Assembly: GCA_965112155.1 (NCBI GenBank)
Contig: OZ218106.1
Length of the DNA stretch: 64,000 bases
Source of the DNA: Podarcis liolepis
Taxonomy: Eukaryota
Direction: 5' to 3' (one strand)
Shown here in pieces: positions 1-14,013 of this stretch; within the stretch, counting starts at the first letter, position 1, and every line of letters begins with the position of its first letter. A program made the translations under genes and the position numbers. The notes beneath the pieces were generated by a model that was not told the origin of the DNA, made no database searches, and was given only the letters and a program-made list of their open reading frames with translations.

Positions 1-2947
1 CACAAGTAGATCTGGACTGGGATAATGGGCAACTCATACAAGCTGTTTCTGTATCTGCCCAAGAAGCTAAATATTCCCTTTAAGGAAGACAACATGGTCT
101 TCTGATAAATCCATTTGCAGTCTACTGCTCATTCCTTTTCAGATGTATACAGATACATGAGCAGCTTGCAGAAGTCATTCTACACAAAACGGGATAAGAA
201 GCTTTGTTATAAAGCTTTGTTTTTCCTCTGTAAATCGGAGTGTTATGATATTCAGTGCAGGGCTCTTGAGGCATAAGCTACAATTCCCTAAACACTTTAA
301 CTGTTCAAACTTTATTCATGTTAATGGAGTGTGTGGCAGTAGATTGCTCTGAGGCATGACCTACCAATCTATTAAATTCAAAAAATGTTCCAAGATCCCT
401 CATCAGTTATGGAAAATAATCCATGGAGTGGCGGCTGTAGGATGCTTGTCCTTGTAAATTTTGGCTGGGTCAGGCCTCAGTTCATTCCTAGGTAAACATA
501 CTGTCTCTGCTTTGTTTTGTTGCTTTTATTTATTCAGAGTCTAAAATATCTGGGCACTTGGCAATAATTTTTTTAATACAAAATAAAAATAAAAATCCCT
601 GCTTGCAATCTATTAGACACGACAGGAAAGGAGATAGAAAACTGTTATTAAAAACTGAAGCCAAGGAATATACTGTACACTGAAAATTGAAATCCAACTT
701 CCCAGATGCTTTGAACTACACTAACATGCTAAAATCTCTTCCGCTCCTGAACTCAAAGTCTAAGATAACTTCTACCACAGGATGTACTCTTACATCCTGT
801 GGCAGAAGTACCAGCCCCACCATTCACAGGAAAACAAGGAGGTGCTCACTGCACGCTGTGATTGTGCCATGCATGGTGAAATTCTAGCTTCCAGGTGTAG
901 TCAATACATTTAATTTCCAAGCATTTATGTTTGTTCTTTTAAAAAGCATTTTTCTACCCCTTCCAGATTATAGAGAGAAATCTTAGTGCAATGTCCTTCA
1001 ACTTGGGCCCTTAGATGCTGTAGGACTACAACTCCCATCTTTCCAGGCCAGCTGATGGATGATGGGAATTGTAGTCCAATGACTTCTGGGGAACCAAGAT
1101 TGAAGAATACTGTCTTAATGTGAATAATGTTTGGTAAATTTGTACAGATAGGAGTAACCTAGGAAGGTTGCAAGCCCTGAGAATGAAAGAGCTGAGTAGC
1201 TTTCAGGAACTTCTGCCTTTACATTATAAGTGGTTGTTTCTGCTGGGGATATGGTAATACATGCATTAATTTGAGAAGCTTCCTGAGAGGATGTGCATAT
1301 AAAGCTTACTTTGAACCTACTAAGGTTCACTCCCAGAATCTGCTTTCAATATCAAGATTCAGCTCCAGAAACAAGAGGACCCCGGAACACATGCGGAGTA
1401 CAATTTTCATTATTACATACCCCACCCCCATCCATCATATATCTGGAATTGGAGAAAGTATTCTCTGCTTCAGAGGATGTGGTTTGCAAGCAGGCTTAGC
1501 AACAGTGGTGAGAGAAATCTGAAGTGGTCTTAGGGGAGGACCCCTGGTTCGGTGGACGAACATATGTTTTGCCTCCAGGTGCCAGGTTCAATCCTGGAAC
1601 AAGCAACAGGCCACCAAGTTAAGAGTAGACAATACTGGATGAAATTGACATTAGACTGACCTAGTATAAGGCAGTTTCATGTGTTCTATCCTCTCTTTGC
1701 CCTCTACCCACAAAAAAGGAGACAGAAACATGATCTACCTCAAAGTCAGAAAGTGCTAAAGAATCATAAAGTTGAAAGGAATCTCAAAAGCTATCTGGTC
1801 CAGCTCCCTGCTGATGACCCCATGTAAATCTCAAGTACAATTGCTCTCACTATAACATTGCCAGAAGAGAAATAATAACCAGAACACAGTGAAAGGACAG
1901 AGGAATTGCATCACAAGATCTTCCCTTATGGAGAAGCGCTGTTCATTATGATCACAATCTTGGTATTAATGAACCCTAGTTAGGACAAGAGTCTCAAAGA
2001 CGACCATGACAATATATTGTATGAGTTAACAAAACATATCCTATGCGGCAAAGATGAGACCAAGAAATAAAAAGGAGGCAGCGATATTATACCAGAAGTA
2101 AACAATAAAATGTTCTTATACAGTATTTAGCAGCCCAATAATATACAATGTAGACTGACAGCCTGTGAGTGACATGTAAGTAATTGCCCTAAAGAGAGAT
2201 ATTTGCTGTAATATTTTCTACATACTGGAGTTAAAGTTGAGGGAGTGGCACACAGTTTTGCACTTTAAAAAACCTTCTAAATAGCATTACATTTGTTTTG
2301 CAACTGTTTTGCCTTGAATTTCTAACAGCTTACCTGCAATTCAACACTTCACTCACGGAGAGTAAAATAAAAATTGTCCTGTTCCTAAATATTTGGGTCT
2401 TATCTTTGTGAATAGTTACACACCAGCGTTTACATTTGTACAGGTGTCTCCCCACTTGTGCGGGAATTATGTTCCAAGCCCCTGCAGGCATAAGCTAAAA
2501 TCGCCTAAGTGGGAACACCCTCTAAAAAGTCTCTAAACACCCATTTTTTTCCTGCTCTCCAGCTCCCTCTTTTCAGGTTCTCTCTCCACACAACTCTCTC
2601 TTCAACTAGAGTTGAAGCTCTGGAGCCAGCTGAAGGCTATGCAGAAAAGCAGCTGGGGTTGTGGGGCTGCACATGTCAGCTACTAGGCAGGGAGCCTGAG
2701 GAGCCTTAACAAAGCCCTGCTGCGCCTCCGGTCTCTTTGGGGCTTCCTCCGCCCTCAATGAAGTCCTCTTTGGGATCAAACCGATTTTTAATCATTTTCC
2801 ATTTCCACTGCTTGTACGCATGACTGGTGCAGTCACTGGTGTGTGGTTTTTATGGTGGATTTTGAGTATCTTTCAGTTTGTATTCTGATTTTCCTTTTAT
2901 TATCTACCATGAGCAATACGCAGATGGAACGGTAGCATACTGGCACA

Positions 2948-2979
<32 letters not shown>

Positions 2980-3808
2980 AGCGGCTATATTCCTCAGAGG
3001 CAAAAAAGAGTACTTCTAGAAAAGGATACAACTTGAACTGCTTTCATTACAGAATTTAGCTGAATATGCTGCAATATGGTGCTTGGTATTTTTTTCTGCA
3101 CATTGACAGCCATATTCATACACTGCAATTTTCTATAGCTCTTGATCTCTGAAAGCATTTACAGATAAAATGGGGGAGGGGCATACTGCATTGAAAAACA
3201 ATTACCAACATGGCAAAGGACTTTTCTTAGTCAGAATTTGAGAGAGTGAAAAAATAATTCAAGATGCTGGGAAGCTAATAGCTAAAGAGAGAGATCACCA
3301 TGTAATCTTGCCGGCTCCACTCGCTTTTAGCCCTGGCAGTGCCTGCCATCAACTGTGACCCCTGATTGACTTTTCCCACGGGTCAACAGACCATCATAGA
3401 AAAAAGGTTCCTCACCCCTGCTGTGGAGAGTGAAGCTGCATATTCTGTTTCATACATACTCAAACAGTTAAGCTTCTATTCTACCACCAATTTCCCCCCA
3501 TTTTTACTCCTAGTCCTTGAAACCTAAACTAGCAAATTCAATACAGAAGGCTTGTCAAGAAGAGGCATGATCTGCTGAGTAAGTCCCTACATATAAAATT
3601 AGCTGCCAAGTCTTTGGATACATGAGACCAAGATTTTGAAAGAGTAATGTTTTGCATACATATTTTTTTTCCAACAGCAAGTGTCAAAGCATGAACGTAC
3701 GCAGAAAAATCACGTACACAGGAGGGAAAAATCAGCCCTAATGATACCGATAGCACATTTCTGGAAAAGCAGCCATAAATATTTCACCCTTTAGATGTTA
3801 AAACATAC

Positions 3809-3945
3809 CCTTTTAAAAGCCATTCATTTATAGGTGTGATAGATAACAGCTGAAGAAATAGCCATATTGCTGTTGGGAAGAATACAAGTGTGAAGATCTG
3901 GACAAAAAGATGCAATTTCACATGCATCAAAGCACTTGTCAGCTC
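3809..3945 (-). CDS. SLC10A7: SLC10A7 coding exon 3 ([46 protein letters not shown])
   Basis: 137 nt, TGTAG acceptor and GTATGT donor, translated by hand (not in the ORF track). Exon 4 was not found in 1-3808, so the gene continues left of the window. Confidence 0.95.
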
Positions 3946-4250
3946 CTACAAAGCAACAAGAGAAGAAGAGGTTGCAGTTTTAACAGCTGAAGTCAGTTCT
4001 ATTTTGTATTGCTTAAGTTGGTATCATTATTATATATGTCAGATACATATTGCTTCAAAAAGCCTATTCTCCAATTCCGTAAAAAAGGGTCTTTGCTTCA
4101 CTGTCCTGATGCATGCAAATTTTAAATCACCCACTTTCAAAACTAAGCAGAAGCTAGATTAATAGTAAAATACACATCCAAATTAAAAATTATAACAACT
4201 GGACAGGTGACACCTGTACCTACAATGTTAAAAAATAATAGACTTTAGAG

Positions 4251-4381
4251 CAGTCTTCTAAAACTTTGGGTCCCCAGGTGTTTTGAGTCCAACTCCCATT
4301 ATCCCTAGCCAGTATGGCCAACAGTCAGGTATGATGAGAATTACAGTACAACATCTGGTGACCCAGGGTTGGGGAAGGCTG
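4251..4381. mobile_element. Older copy of the palindromic hAT-type MITE (SLC10A7 intron 2)
   Basis: 8-bp TSD CTTTAGAG and the same core. Further degenerate relatives at about 990-1112, 32780-32845 and 63497-63630. Confidence 0.75.
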
Positions 4382-5154
4382 CTTTAGAGCTTTACATAGC
4401 AGCAAGACTTCACCAAAGGTTAGCCCTGCCTCTACCCAGAAAAAGACTAGCTAGCATATATGTGCGTGTATATAAATGGCTAGTCCTAGTGCAACAATAT
4501 TTTCAATATTTGTCAAGCTATGACCCTAAATAAACAATCCTGTTATCTAAAGCTATTCTAATTTCCCCCCCAAAAAATGACTTATCAAAAAGCCATCCAG
4601 TGTTATGTAAGGTGGCTCCAAGCCTACTTTACCACATAAATACTGCAGGCCTTGAATTCTGAGCCTCAGATTACACATGGAGAAATAATAAATTGGGAAC
4701 AAATTTACAACAGCTGGAGATAAGTGGTGATATTAAACACATGTTTACAAAAGCTGCCCACACACCAAGGTCATGCCACAATGCATAATTAGGAGCGTGG
4801 GAAAAACAGGATGTCACTGCTCTGAAATATACCTAACTTCAATAGATCACATGGGCTGTTCAGCTGATGCTGGTTCAATGCCAATTTATTAGCCACATGC
4901 CCATACTAGCAGAATCAGCTCTGAAAAACCTGTGTTACCAAAATTAGAGTCACCTGATCACAATTTTCTGGGACCCAAGTTCCATTTGAATCAATAAAAT
5001 GACTCCAAGTAAATACTTTGCAAATGACCCACTGTAGGACTGCAGATATAGACTCAACACAATCCACACAGATAATTTCCATGTTAAACTAATAGCAAAA
5101 TATCAAGTTTAATACAGAAGCAATAAGGGACCTTGTGACAGTCATTTATGGGTA

Positions 5155-5388
5155 CAGTGGTGCCCCGCAAGACGAATGCCTCGCAAGACGAAAAACTCGC
5201 TAGACGAATTTCCCTATGGGCTTGCTTCGCAAGACGAAACGTCTTGTGAGTTTGTTTCCTTTTTCTTAAAGCCGCTAAGCCGTTAATAGCCGCTAAGCCA
5301 TTAATATCCGCTAAGCCGCTAATAGCCGTGCTTCGCAAGACGAAAAGACTCGCGGAACGGATTAATTTCGTCTTGCGAGGCACCACTG
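5155..5388. mobile_element. Young Tc1/mariner-type MITE in SLC10A7 intron 2
   Basis: TA TSD; TIR CAGTGGTGCCCCGCAAGACGAA / TTCGTCTTGCGAGGCACCACTG; CpG-rich; internal GCCGCTAAGCC repeats. Confidence 0.9.
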
Positions 5389-5548
5389 TACGGATGTGAT
5401 CCATTACATCTTTTTCTCCCACTCTTGATGCATATAGTCTCCTAAAACTACAAGCACATATTGACTGCTGTTGGTACTATGCCATTAGCAGCCTGATGCT
5501 CCCCCATCAACAAAAAAAGTGAGAAAGATTAACATTCATTTGCAGTAC

Positions 5549-5631
5549 CTCAGTTTTCAACGAGAGCCCACTGTTAAAGAATATAGCTGAAACAGCTATG
5601 TATGTGATGGTGATTTCTGGTTTCAGTGGTC
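5549..5631 (-). CDS. SLC10A7: SLC10A7 coding exon 2 ([28 protein letters not shown])
   Basis: 83 nt, flanked by a TTTTCAG acceptor and GTACTG donor. Phase joins exon 1; peptide near-identical to vertebrate SLC10A7. Confidence 0.96.
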
Positions 5632-6833
5632 CTGAAAATACAAATACAAAAAATAAACAAAAATAAACCAAGACAGCCAAGATTGATTTCCACATAAGAC
5701 TTACAGGCCCCTCCACACACACACACATGATTATGTGGTTCCCACTGAAGACTATATGAGGTTAAAACCAAGCTTACTGGCTTCTTCTCTTCCCATAGCT
5801 AAGAGCAGAAGTGCAGAAGCAGCCCAGCTCTACCAGTATGCAGTCAATGCATTCAAGATCAATATGAAGGGTTATGATTCATATACAAAGGAGTGACAGA
5901 GACAAGGAAGTAATAAGATTTGGATATTGCAGAAACAAAAATCTAACAGACTTGTGATCTAAAGAATAAAAGCAAAGGCCTTCTTTAACATTAACCCCCC
6001 CCCGTAAAACCAGCTATGAAGAAAGGCCTAGCTTTTATAATTACTTCTTGTAAATTACTGTAAGTTAGATTCTGTGCTGTCCTAATGTGTATTTTCAATA
6101 GGGGAAAATAGGGGTTCATATCTGGACAAGCAGTTGAAATCCAGCTCCTATTGATTTTAATCTTTGCAGAGTAATCCAGCAAGTCCAAATCCAAAGTCAA
6201 CAATTCAATATCAAATTCACACATAATGAATGGGGGATGGGAATCACTACAAAGATGATGGTAGTGGAATACTTGAGCTACATAGTGCCCTATAGTTTAC
6301 AAGAGATGTACACAACATGGAATAGAAAGTGGGTGGGACGAGAAAGTAGTAAGGGGCTTCTCCATACTGACTAATTTCAGAGCAGTTTTAACACACAAGA
6401 GCTTGCAAACAGTGGGCTTATCCATTATCGCCCATTAATGATGTCACAAGCACTGTCCAATAGGCCCTCACACTATATGTGCAACAGCATTACGGGCAGT
6501 ACTTTTAATTGCACAGTTTGGCTAACTGGCGAAAGAACTGCATTCTCTCAGCAACAAAAAATTGTTCTTTAGTTTTGAAGAAATGAGATAACCTAGACCT
6601 CTTTGTGGTTCCTTGAGAGATGTCTGGCTCACATAATAAATAAGCAGCATGTTTCAGTGCCAGGCAAAGACCTTTTTATTCTCACAGGTCTTTTAAATCT
6701 GATGCTTTTACCCTTGTTTCACACCTGGAATGTTTTTGTTGTGGCTTTGATTTTAGTTCAGTTTTATATTAATTGTTTTAATGCTACTTTTTAGAATTGT
6801 GTTTTGTATTTCATGGTTTTTATTATATGCTAT

Positions 6834-7188
6834 GGGACGCGGGTGGTGCTGTGGGTAAAAGCCTCAGTGCCTAGGGCTTGCCGATCGAAAGGTCGGCGGT
6901 TCGAATCCCCGCGGCGGGGTGCACTCCCGTTGCTTGGTCCCAGCGCCTGCCAACCTAGCAGTTCGAAAGCACCTCCGGGTGCAAGTAGATAAATAGGGAC
7001 CGCTTACTAGCGGGAAGGTAAACGGCGTTTCCGTGTGCAGCTCTGGCTCGCCAGAGCAGCGATGTCACGCTGGCCACGTGACCCGGAAGTGTCTCCGGAC
7101 AGCGCTGGCCCCCGGCCTCTTGAGTGAGATGGGCGCACAACCCTAGAGTCTGTCAAGACTGGCCCGTACGGGCAGGGGTACCTTTACC
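6834..7188 (+). mobile_element. Sauria (Squam1/POM-type) SINE, full length, young
   Basis: tRNA-like head with B box GGTTCGAATCC; (ACCTTT)n tail; about 16-bp TSD TTTTATTATATGCTAT; CpGs retained. Confidence 0.92.
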
Positions 7189-8125
7189 TTTTATTATATG
7201 CTATATGTCATCCAGAGAACTTTAGATATTTGGCAACCAAAAATACAGTAAATATTGTGCATTTGTTATACTGTTAGCAGGAAAAACAGAAAAGCTATCG
7301 ATGTTCACATCTGGCTGATACACTGAATAAATTCAAATAATGTTCCCTCCCCACACCTCCTTAAGGTATGTGGATAGTGTTCCTTTAGGAGTGTCATTAG
7401 TCAGCTTTAGGAAGTTTTCCATTGTTGTTTCTAGCAGCACTGGCAGAACTGAAAAAGGAAGGACTGCAGGGAAAGTAAAAATTTAGAGGTACTATCACTG
7501 TTTTGACACCATGGTAATTGCTCCAGCTGTACTGTTCCTGCTGGTTCGTATGGACTAGAAGTAACTGGCATGGGATGATCATTATGGAATGACTGGTGCA
7601 CTTACTGGTAAATGGCTACTGTTCTAAGTCAGTGTTAATCACACTCAAAATGCTATGCCTCAAAGCATCCTTAGCAGGGCTGTAATGCTGGTACAATCAG
7701 TTGTAAAAACCAATTAAAAAGTGTTTCAACTACATAATTGTTTCATGAACTATTTTTATGTAAGCTGCTTAGAGACTATTTATGAAGTGGTATATAAATC
7801 TTGCTAAATGAAATAAATTTAAAAGTCCCAATTAATTGGCTAGCACTTTTTTAAAAAGCTTATCGTTAATACAATTATACAAATTGTAGGTAGCAAACGC
7901 TATCTTAGAAGAGGCTTTCTTCTTTCTCAGATACATCACACATGCACATCAACTCGAGAAAAGAAATATGTGTCTTGGTTTATAACTACTGTTTTTATGT
8001 ATATGCCAATTGTTTCACATTTAATCAAACAATCAACACAATCAATTTCTCTAACTGGGCAACAGAATGAATCCTTAGTTGACACTATTTTTGTAGACTT
8101 TTTTAAAATGTAAAGTTTGTATTCT

Positions 8126-8208
8126 ATGTTGAGATTCCTGCTTTGCAAGGGGCTGGGCTAGATAACCCTTGGGGGATCCCATCCAACTCTACAGTTCTGT
8201 GATTCTGT
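8126..8208 (+). mobile_element. CR1-like LINE 3' tail fragment
   Basis: GGGCTAGATAACCCTT...CCAACTCTACAGTTCTGTGATTCT. Similar pieces at 12337-12375/14014-14045 and 20650-20730 (minus). Confidence 0.6.
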
Positions 8209-10729
8209 TATTTATCCTGAACACCAGGCAAAAGATCCTCACATTTCACTGAACTGACATACAGGCAAATGTGGAGGTATCAACACTTTATGTCTTCCAT
8301 AAAATGCATCAGAACCTCCTGGGAACCAGTGTTTTCTCAATGGAGCAAAGCAATTCTTCATTACCAAAACAATGAAACACAACATGCTACCTACCACAGA
8401 ACAGATTACTAGCCATTATTAAGCCAGATTTCTGACCCAGGGTTAATTACAACATTTCTAAATTCAGGTGCAAAATATATGAAGTCATGGAACTGAAGAT
8501 TAAGAACCCAAGAACTTCATGTCCAGGTTCCAGCTTTCCACTGGGCAGTATAAGCCAACCTGGCAGAAAACTAGATTGGAAAGTGTGCTCTTAACCTGCA
8601 GTCAGATATAGGGAAAGAAGTGGTCTCCTGGACATAAAAGTTCCTTGATAAATGAAGAGTGATTAAATGCAACACTCAATACATTTGTAAACAATTGCTG
8701 GCCAAAAACCTCGAAAGAATAACTGCCTAAGACTAGTTAGCCCGGCTACTGAAAGGCTGTCAAGCTTACAGATGGCAGAAGACCAGTGATATATGACCGA
8801 TGCAACTGCAAGAGCCAAGTCTGGATCACCACAGATAAAATAAAAAGTCACTGAACTGAGTGGGAATTACATCAGTAAATGTGCTCAGATGCACTGAAGA
8901 GGAAAAGGTATGTGACAAAATGCCCCACTGTCCAGTTTAAAATTACCACTTTAACAGATAATCCTCTGTAAACACTGGAGCACTCCCACAGCAAAATCTG
9001 CAGAATTAAACTCATAGCATTATTTAAAATATATTTTTGTTAAGCTCAACACAAAAGTTAGCAGCCCTTCCTACCAAGCCATGTGCTATGAGACAATAAA
9101 TATTTTCTGGGATATCTAAACACTGGCCACAATTTTATTTTTATTTAGAAGATAAATAGAACAAAAAAAGCTAAACTAAGTGGTTGAATCTGCAGGCCAA
9201 GCAAGTTATAAATTTTATATAAGTTTAGCTAAAAGAGCCATTTGCCTTGCATCAATTTCAAAGCTTTTTTGTTTCCTGCCATTTTCAAAACATGACAGCA
9301 ATGTCCTATGCATGCTTACCTGGAAGCAGGATAGGTGACCAGATGAAAAAGATAAAACAGGTATCCTACAATTTTAACAAAAATCTGTGAAGATATTTCA
9401 GCAAGTGTAGCTTTGTCAGAGCTCCATCCACTTCTTACATCTTGCCACTCCATTAGGGACAAAATGAGTAGGACTTACTTTCATATATACATGCATAAGA
9501 TAATAGGGAGGGGGAATTCTATGGAAATTAAGCTAATGTGCATAAGAAAAATGTCAGCTTGCATCCCGAGGGAGGTGATCTAATTTAGCAAGTTTATTTT
9601 ACTTGCATTTAGTAAAGAAAACTTTGAAACTGCCTAGTTTGCCTTAACTGTATTTGCAATTGGGCACCCCTTCATTTTTTCTAATGAACTCCTGAAACAG
9701 AACATTTTATGCTGATAAAAATTAAGCATTTGGAAATTTTCCACCCCACATCACTGGCACACACTAATTGAGAGGATATGGCATTAAGTACTCACCAGTA
9801 CATTTTAAAATAAAAAGGAAGATGTTCCTACTCATATTTTCGACTCAGTGCTCAATATTTCATTTTGACACTTGAACAAGAACAGCTTGTACATTTATGG
9901 TATGTCAAAGGCTATTTAGCAAATCCACAAACTGAGTCTTAATATTCAAGCTTCTTTCTTTGTGCAACAGACACAGACAGTATTACTGAGTCACAGGCAG
10001 TCTATGTGCTTTATTCACAACAGTTTTTGGTGGTGTGTGCAGGACTTATCTGCTTTTAAAAGGGCCCAACGGTAATGAAGTTTGCTCTTTCCCATAATTT
10101 GAAGAAAACAAAACTAACACAACTGCTTTATAAGCTCGTTCTTGCACTAGGGGAATGGCTATACATAATTCATGCATTCCAAGTAATTCTCTCCGGAAGA
10201 GGAGGAGTAATTATCCCAGATTCAACAGAAGTAATTTTCCCAGGTGAAATGGATATAGTACGTGGAAGTAAGGAAGATGCTCCCTGTTAACAAGTGTATT
10301 TGTTTAAGTTCATTGTTAACTCAGTCCTCACGGATGTGAAAAACTACCTCCTCCGGATTATGTTTTACCAACTATTACTGTGAAAATTATTGACGCACAC
10401 ACACATTTCTGAAGGTGGGAGCATACAAGGATTACATCAAACCCAATCATTTCCTAATCTGGGAATGACTTCCCCCTCTCCATGTTCATTTACATAGCCT
10501 AATAGCAGAACAAGAGTTTCCAGCTAGTCAATGTACTTTTAAGTTTCTACACTGGCTGGGAAACAATAAAGGCGATTTGGGGAGTGAGGGAGTTAAATAT
10601 CTGTCCGCCTTTTTTTGCAACTGCTTGGTGTTTGCAGTTATCAAATTTATTATCATTTTTTTAAAGGAGTCAATGTTATCTTGTTGCTGGGACTTAAGTT
10701 TGCTCAACTCGCCCCAGAGCTCAGCCCCT

Positions 10730-12340
10730 CCTGCTTGCTGGGTGTCACCACGCGGAAGTTGGGTCGTCTCGCTCGCTCCGAGTGTGCAACGTGTCAAAGC
10801 AGCTCCTCTGCCGAAGAGTTTTGGAGCGCTAGGGAAGCTATACTGAACCTCAGAATGGCTGCAGCGGCCAAAAGAAAGAAGGGATCGGATAGCAAACCCC
10901 AAGCAGCGTGCAGATATTCGGGCCGTGGGCTTCCTCCAGTTCTGCTACGGTGTGGAGAGCGCAACATTTTGCAATGGACTCCATATACCCACAACACCCG
11001 ACTTTTTAATATATATTTAAAAATCCCAATTTCCTCTGTGTTTGCAAACAAACGAGTTGGGCATGTGTGGGGGGGGGGGCGGAATCCAGGCAGGGCTGAC
11101 ACGCATTTCATGAGGCAACGGTATGCCCACGGCCAGACTTACCCCCTTTCACCCCAAAGGCCGGCTCCAGCTTGGCCACCGTGATGACCAGGACTATTCC
11201 GAGAATGAACCAGTCTTTCCTCAGCCTGTCCAAAAAGCCCATGGTGGCGGCGGCGTGGCCGCGATACTCCCGCGGCTGCAGGCAGCTAGGAAAGGGAGGG
11301 GAGGAGGAAGGCGGGGAGTTGGTCAAGACTTCCCTTTGGCCCCTCCTGCAGAAGGGCTGTGCAGCGTGGAAGCAGCAGCAGCGGGGCTACTTAGAAGCTG
11401 CTCCCGCCGCCGCCGCCGCCGCCGGTAGTAGGAACAGTATCCAGTGACAGGAAAAGTCTCCCTGAAAGCCGCCATCACTACCACGCGCCTACTAATAGAC
11501 TCGCACGCCATGTCTGGAAGCCGGCAAGCGACGAGGTGCGGCGGCGGCTGAGGCTGGACGAAGGCAGAGAGAGGCCGGCTCCCGAGAAACGCGAAGCTCT
11601 TCAGCAGTAGTAGCAGCCGCCGCCACCGCGTCGCCGGCATATTGCGCGAAAGAGCCCGTCAGTCACACGGGAGAAAAAAGCCCGCGTCCTCTTTCCTTCA
11701 CAGCGGGGAAGGCGCGCGCGAGAGAAACTCCCGGCAGCCCCTTCGCCCGCCAGCGGCACGCGGGACAGCGAGGCCCCGCGTCTACTCGTGGGGGAGGGGG
11801 AAAGGCAACGGTAACCTCGCGAGCGGCGGTTGGTGCGGGGCTGCGCGCTTCTTCGAGACTTTACGCCCGTTCGCCGACGCGACGCGCTTGACGTGGAGAG
11901 GGCGGGGCGGAGCTTTCAGTTTCCTGGAGTGGGACGCGTTTCCCGGGAGTTGGGCTCGTGGCGAAGAGAGAGGCAGGATTGGCTGGCCGGGTTGTGCGGG
12001 GCGGGGCCTGCTTCTCGGGCACCTGAAGGTGCAAAGCGCGCCGCTATTGAGGGTTTCCATATTTTAAAGCCAGGTGGCCGCCGCTTCGGCTATGAAAGTT
12101 CTAAGGACGTGGGGAAGTGATGGCTGATCTGGACGGGCTGCTAGCGTTGGTGCAAACGGAATCCCCGGTCTGGACCCCTTGCGGAGTAGAAGCGCGTCTG
12201 CTCCCCACCACAAGAATGCATTTGGAAGCTTTACAGAGGAACGGTCTTGAAATGGTTGCAGATAAACGTTGCAAAATAACACATTGCTGTTAAACAGCAA
12301 GCAATGCGGCCCCCTCAAATGGGGGTGCGGGACGTGTGTG
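10730..12340 (-). promoter_or_regulatory. CpG-island promoter / 5' UTR of SLC10A7
   Basis: High GC and CpG density. YY1-like ATGGCGGC (about 11469-11476, minus), GC boxes (GGGCGGGG about 11900 and 12000), (GCC)7 at about 11405-11424. Confidence 0.85.
11143..11242 (-). CDS. SLC10A7: SLC10A7 coding exon 1 ([33 protein letters not shown])
   Basis: Perfect Kozak gccgccaccATGg at 11242 (minus). Peptide matches the SLC10A7 N-terminus. GTAAGT donor at 11142-11137; 100 coding nt, phase 1. Confidence 0.96.
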
Positions 12341-12375
12341 TTGAGATTCCTGCACTGCAAGGGGTTGGGCTAGGT

Positions 12376-14013
12376 CAGGGGTCTGCAACCTTTAAGACAA
12401 AAAGAGCCACTTGGACCCGTTTCCGAAGAAAAAACAACAACTGGGAGCCGCAAAACCATTGCGACATTTAAAACAAATATAACACTGCATACATTGTTTC
12501 TTAGCCCAATGTCATCCTCGTCATTATAAAAATAACTTTTTTGACACTTTTTAATTATTTTTTGTTTGACCCCTCAGAATTACTCCTCCTCATAGAAATA
12601 AACGTTATATTAACAAGTTACCTTTTTTTGAGTGTGTGTTCTTCACTCCCCTTCAAAACAGTAGCTGCAAATTGCAAAGCAATAGCAGCAAATCAGCCAG
12701 CAACAAAGACATGCTATATATGCTGTAAACAAGGTACAAAAACTAATAAGATCCACAACCATTCATAAACATATGTGTTTACATAGAGAGAGCAAAACAA
12801 AAACAAAAAAACACAAAAAGTAGCATAAAATATCATGTGCCTACAACAGTCACATTTGTTATGGTTTGAATGCTTGGTGCCCTGATACATAATTTTAAAA
12901 TTAAATAATTGAGATTACAAAGTAGAAAATTAAAAGTTGTATTTCTTGCTTCCAGGGTATTCTGTGGAGCAGGTATTTTAAAATTTATTTTAAAGACCTA
13001 TACCCCCATCTTTTGAAGAAGGTAAACTCTAAGATGGCTTGTATTTCTTTACCAATCTAGCTTCTCCAAACATAGGTCTCTGCCCCGTTGTTTTCCCATT
13101 TCAATCTTCCTAAAAGCATTTCTGTCTCAAGCAATCATCCTGTCACAGATATAAACTATTTAAACTGATTCCCCCCACCTTTCAGGCCACAAAGGTGGAA
13201 AAGGTGTTGGCGTATCAGGAGCTGGGGGGGGGGGGGAGCCACCAAGTGTGACTGAATGTGTCGAAGAACGCTAAGAGCAAAGTCCTCTTGAATCCCGGAA
13301 GCCCTCTGCCTGACGTCACAGGGTATTAACATGCCCTTACCCTCTTAATGATGTCACCATTAATGGTTATTACAGCAGCAATAATTGACTTCAAACGTCG
13401 CTTGTCCGATTGCCTGTGCGGGCAGGAGCCATTTTGAGCAGTGGGGGGAAAGCCGAAGCGAGCCAAAACTTGGGAGCCGGCCGGCTTCCTTATCAGCCGC
13501 GAACACAAACGGCGCGCGGTGCAAGGTCCGCAGCAGTAGTAGGTCACGAGGAAGGTGCTTCCCCGCGAAAACGCAGACCCGGGTGCCGCGTGAAGGGGGA
13601 CCCCGCTCCCCACCAGTCCCAGCCAGCGGGGCCGGGGGGAGCTGCTGCTGCTGGGAGCCCCCACAACCCCCGAAAGAGGACTCGCTCCAGAGATCCTGGC
13701 GGCTCCCAACCCGGGGTCGCTTCGCCGCGCGGGGCAACAATGAGTGAAAGGCGGCGCACTAAAAACAATGGCTCGCGGGGAAGGCGGGCGCGCGCCGCTC
13801 GGCCCTTGGGGAGCCTTCCTGCTGCCGCTGCCCTGCGCCCAACTCGCGAGGAGAGTGGCGCTGCCTTCTGCTCTCCGCCGCCGCCTCACAGATGACAGCG
13901 ACTGCACGGGAACAAAGGAAAATGCGCCTCCTCCCCTCGCCTCCACCCCGGAGCCGCGGCAAAGGCGTTAAAGAGCCGCATGCGGCTCCGGAGCCGCAGG
14001 TTGCCGACCCCTG
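12376..14013. mobile_element. Non-autonomous hAT DNA transposon (1.64 kb) with internal cargo
   Basis: TIRs CAGGGGTCTGCAACCT / AGGTTGCCGACCCCTG; exact 8-bp TSD GGCTAGGT; inserted into a CR1-like 3' tail. Confidence 0.92.

Noticed and set aside
6834-6910. tRNA-like sequence
   Set aside because: SINE head with A/B boxes, not a complete cloverleaf tRNA gene.
10528-12360. ORFs over the SLC10A7 CpG island suggesting a divergent coding gene
   Set aside because: No recognisable protein or downstream exons; typical CpG-island ORF noise.
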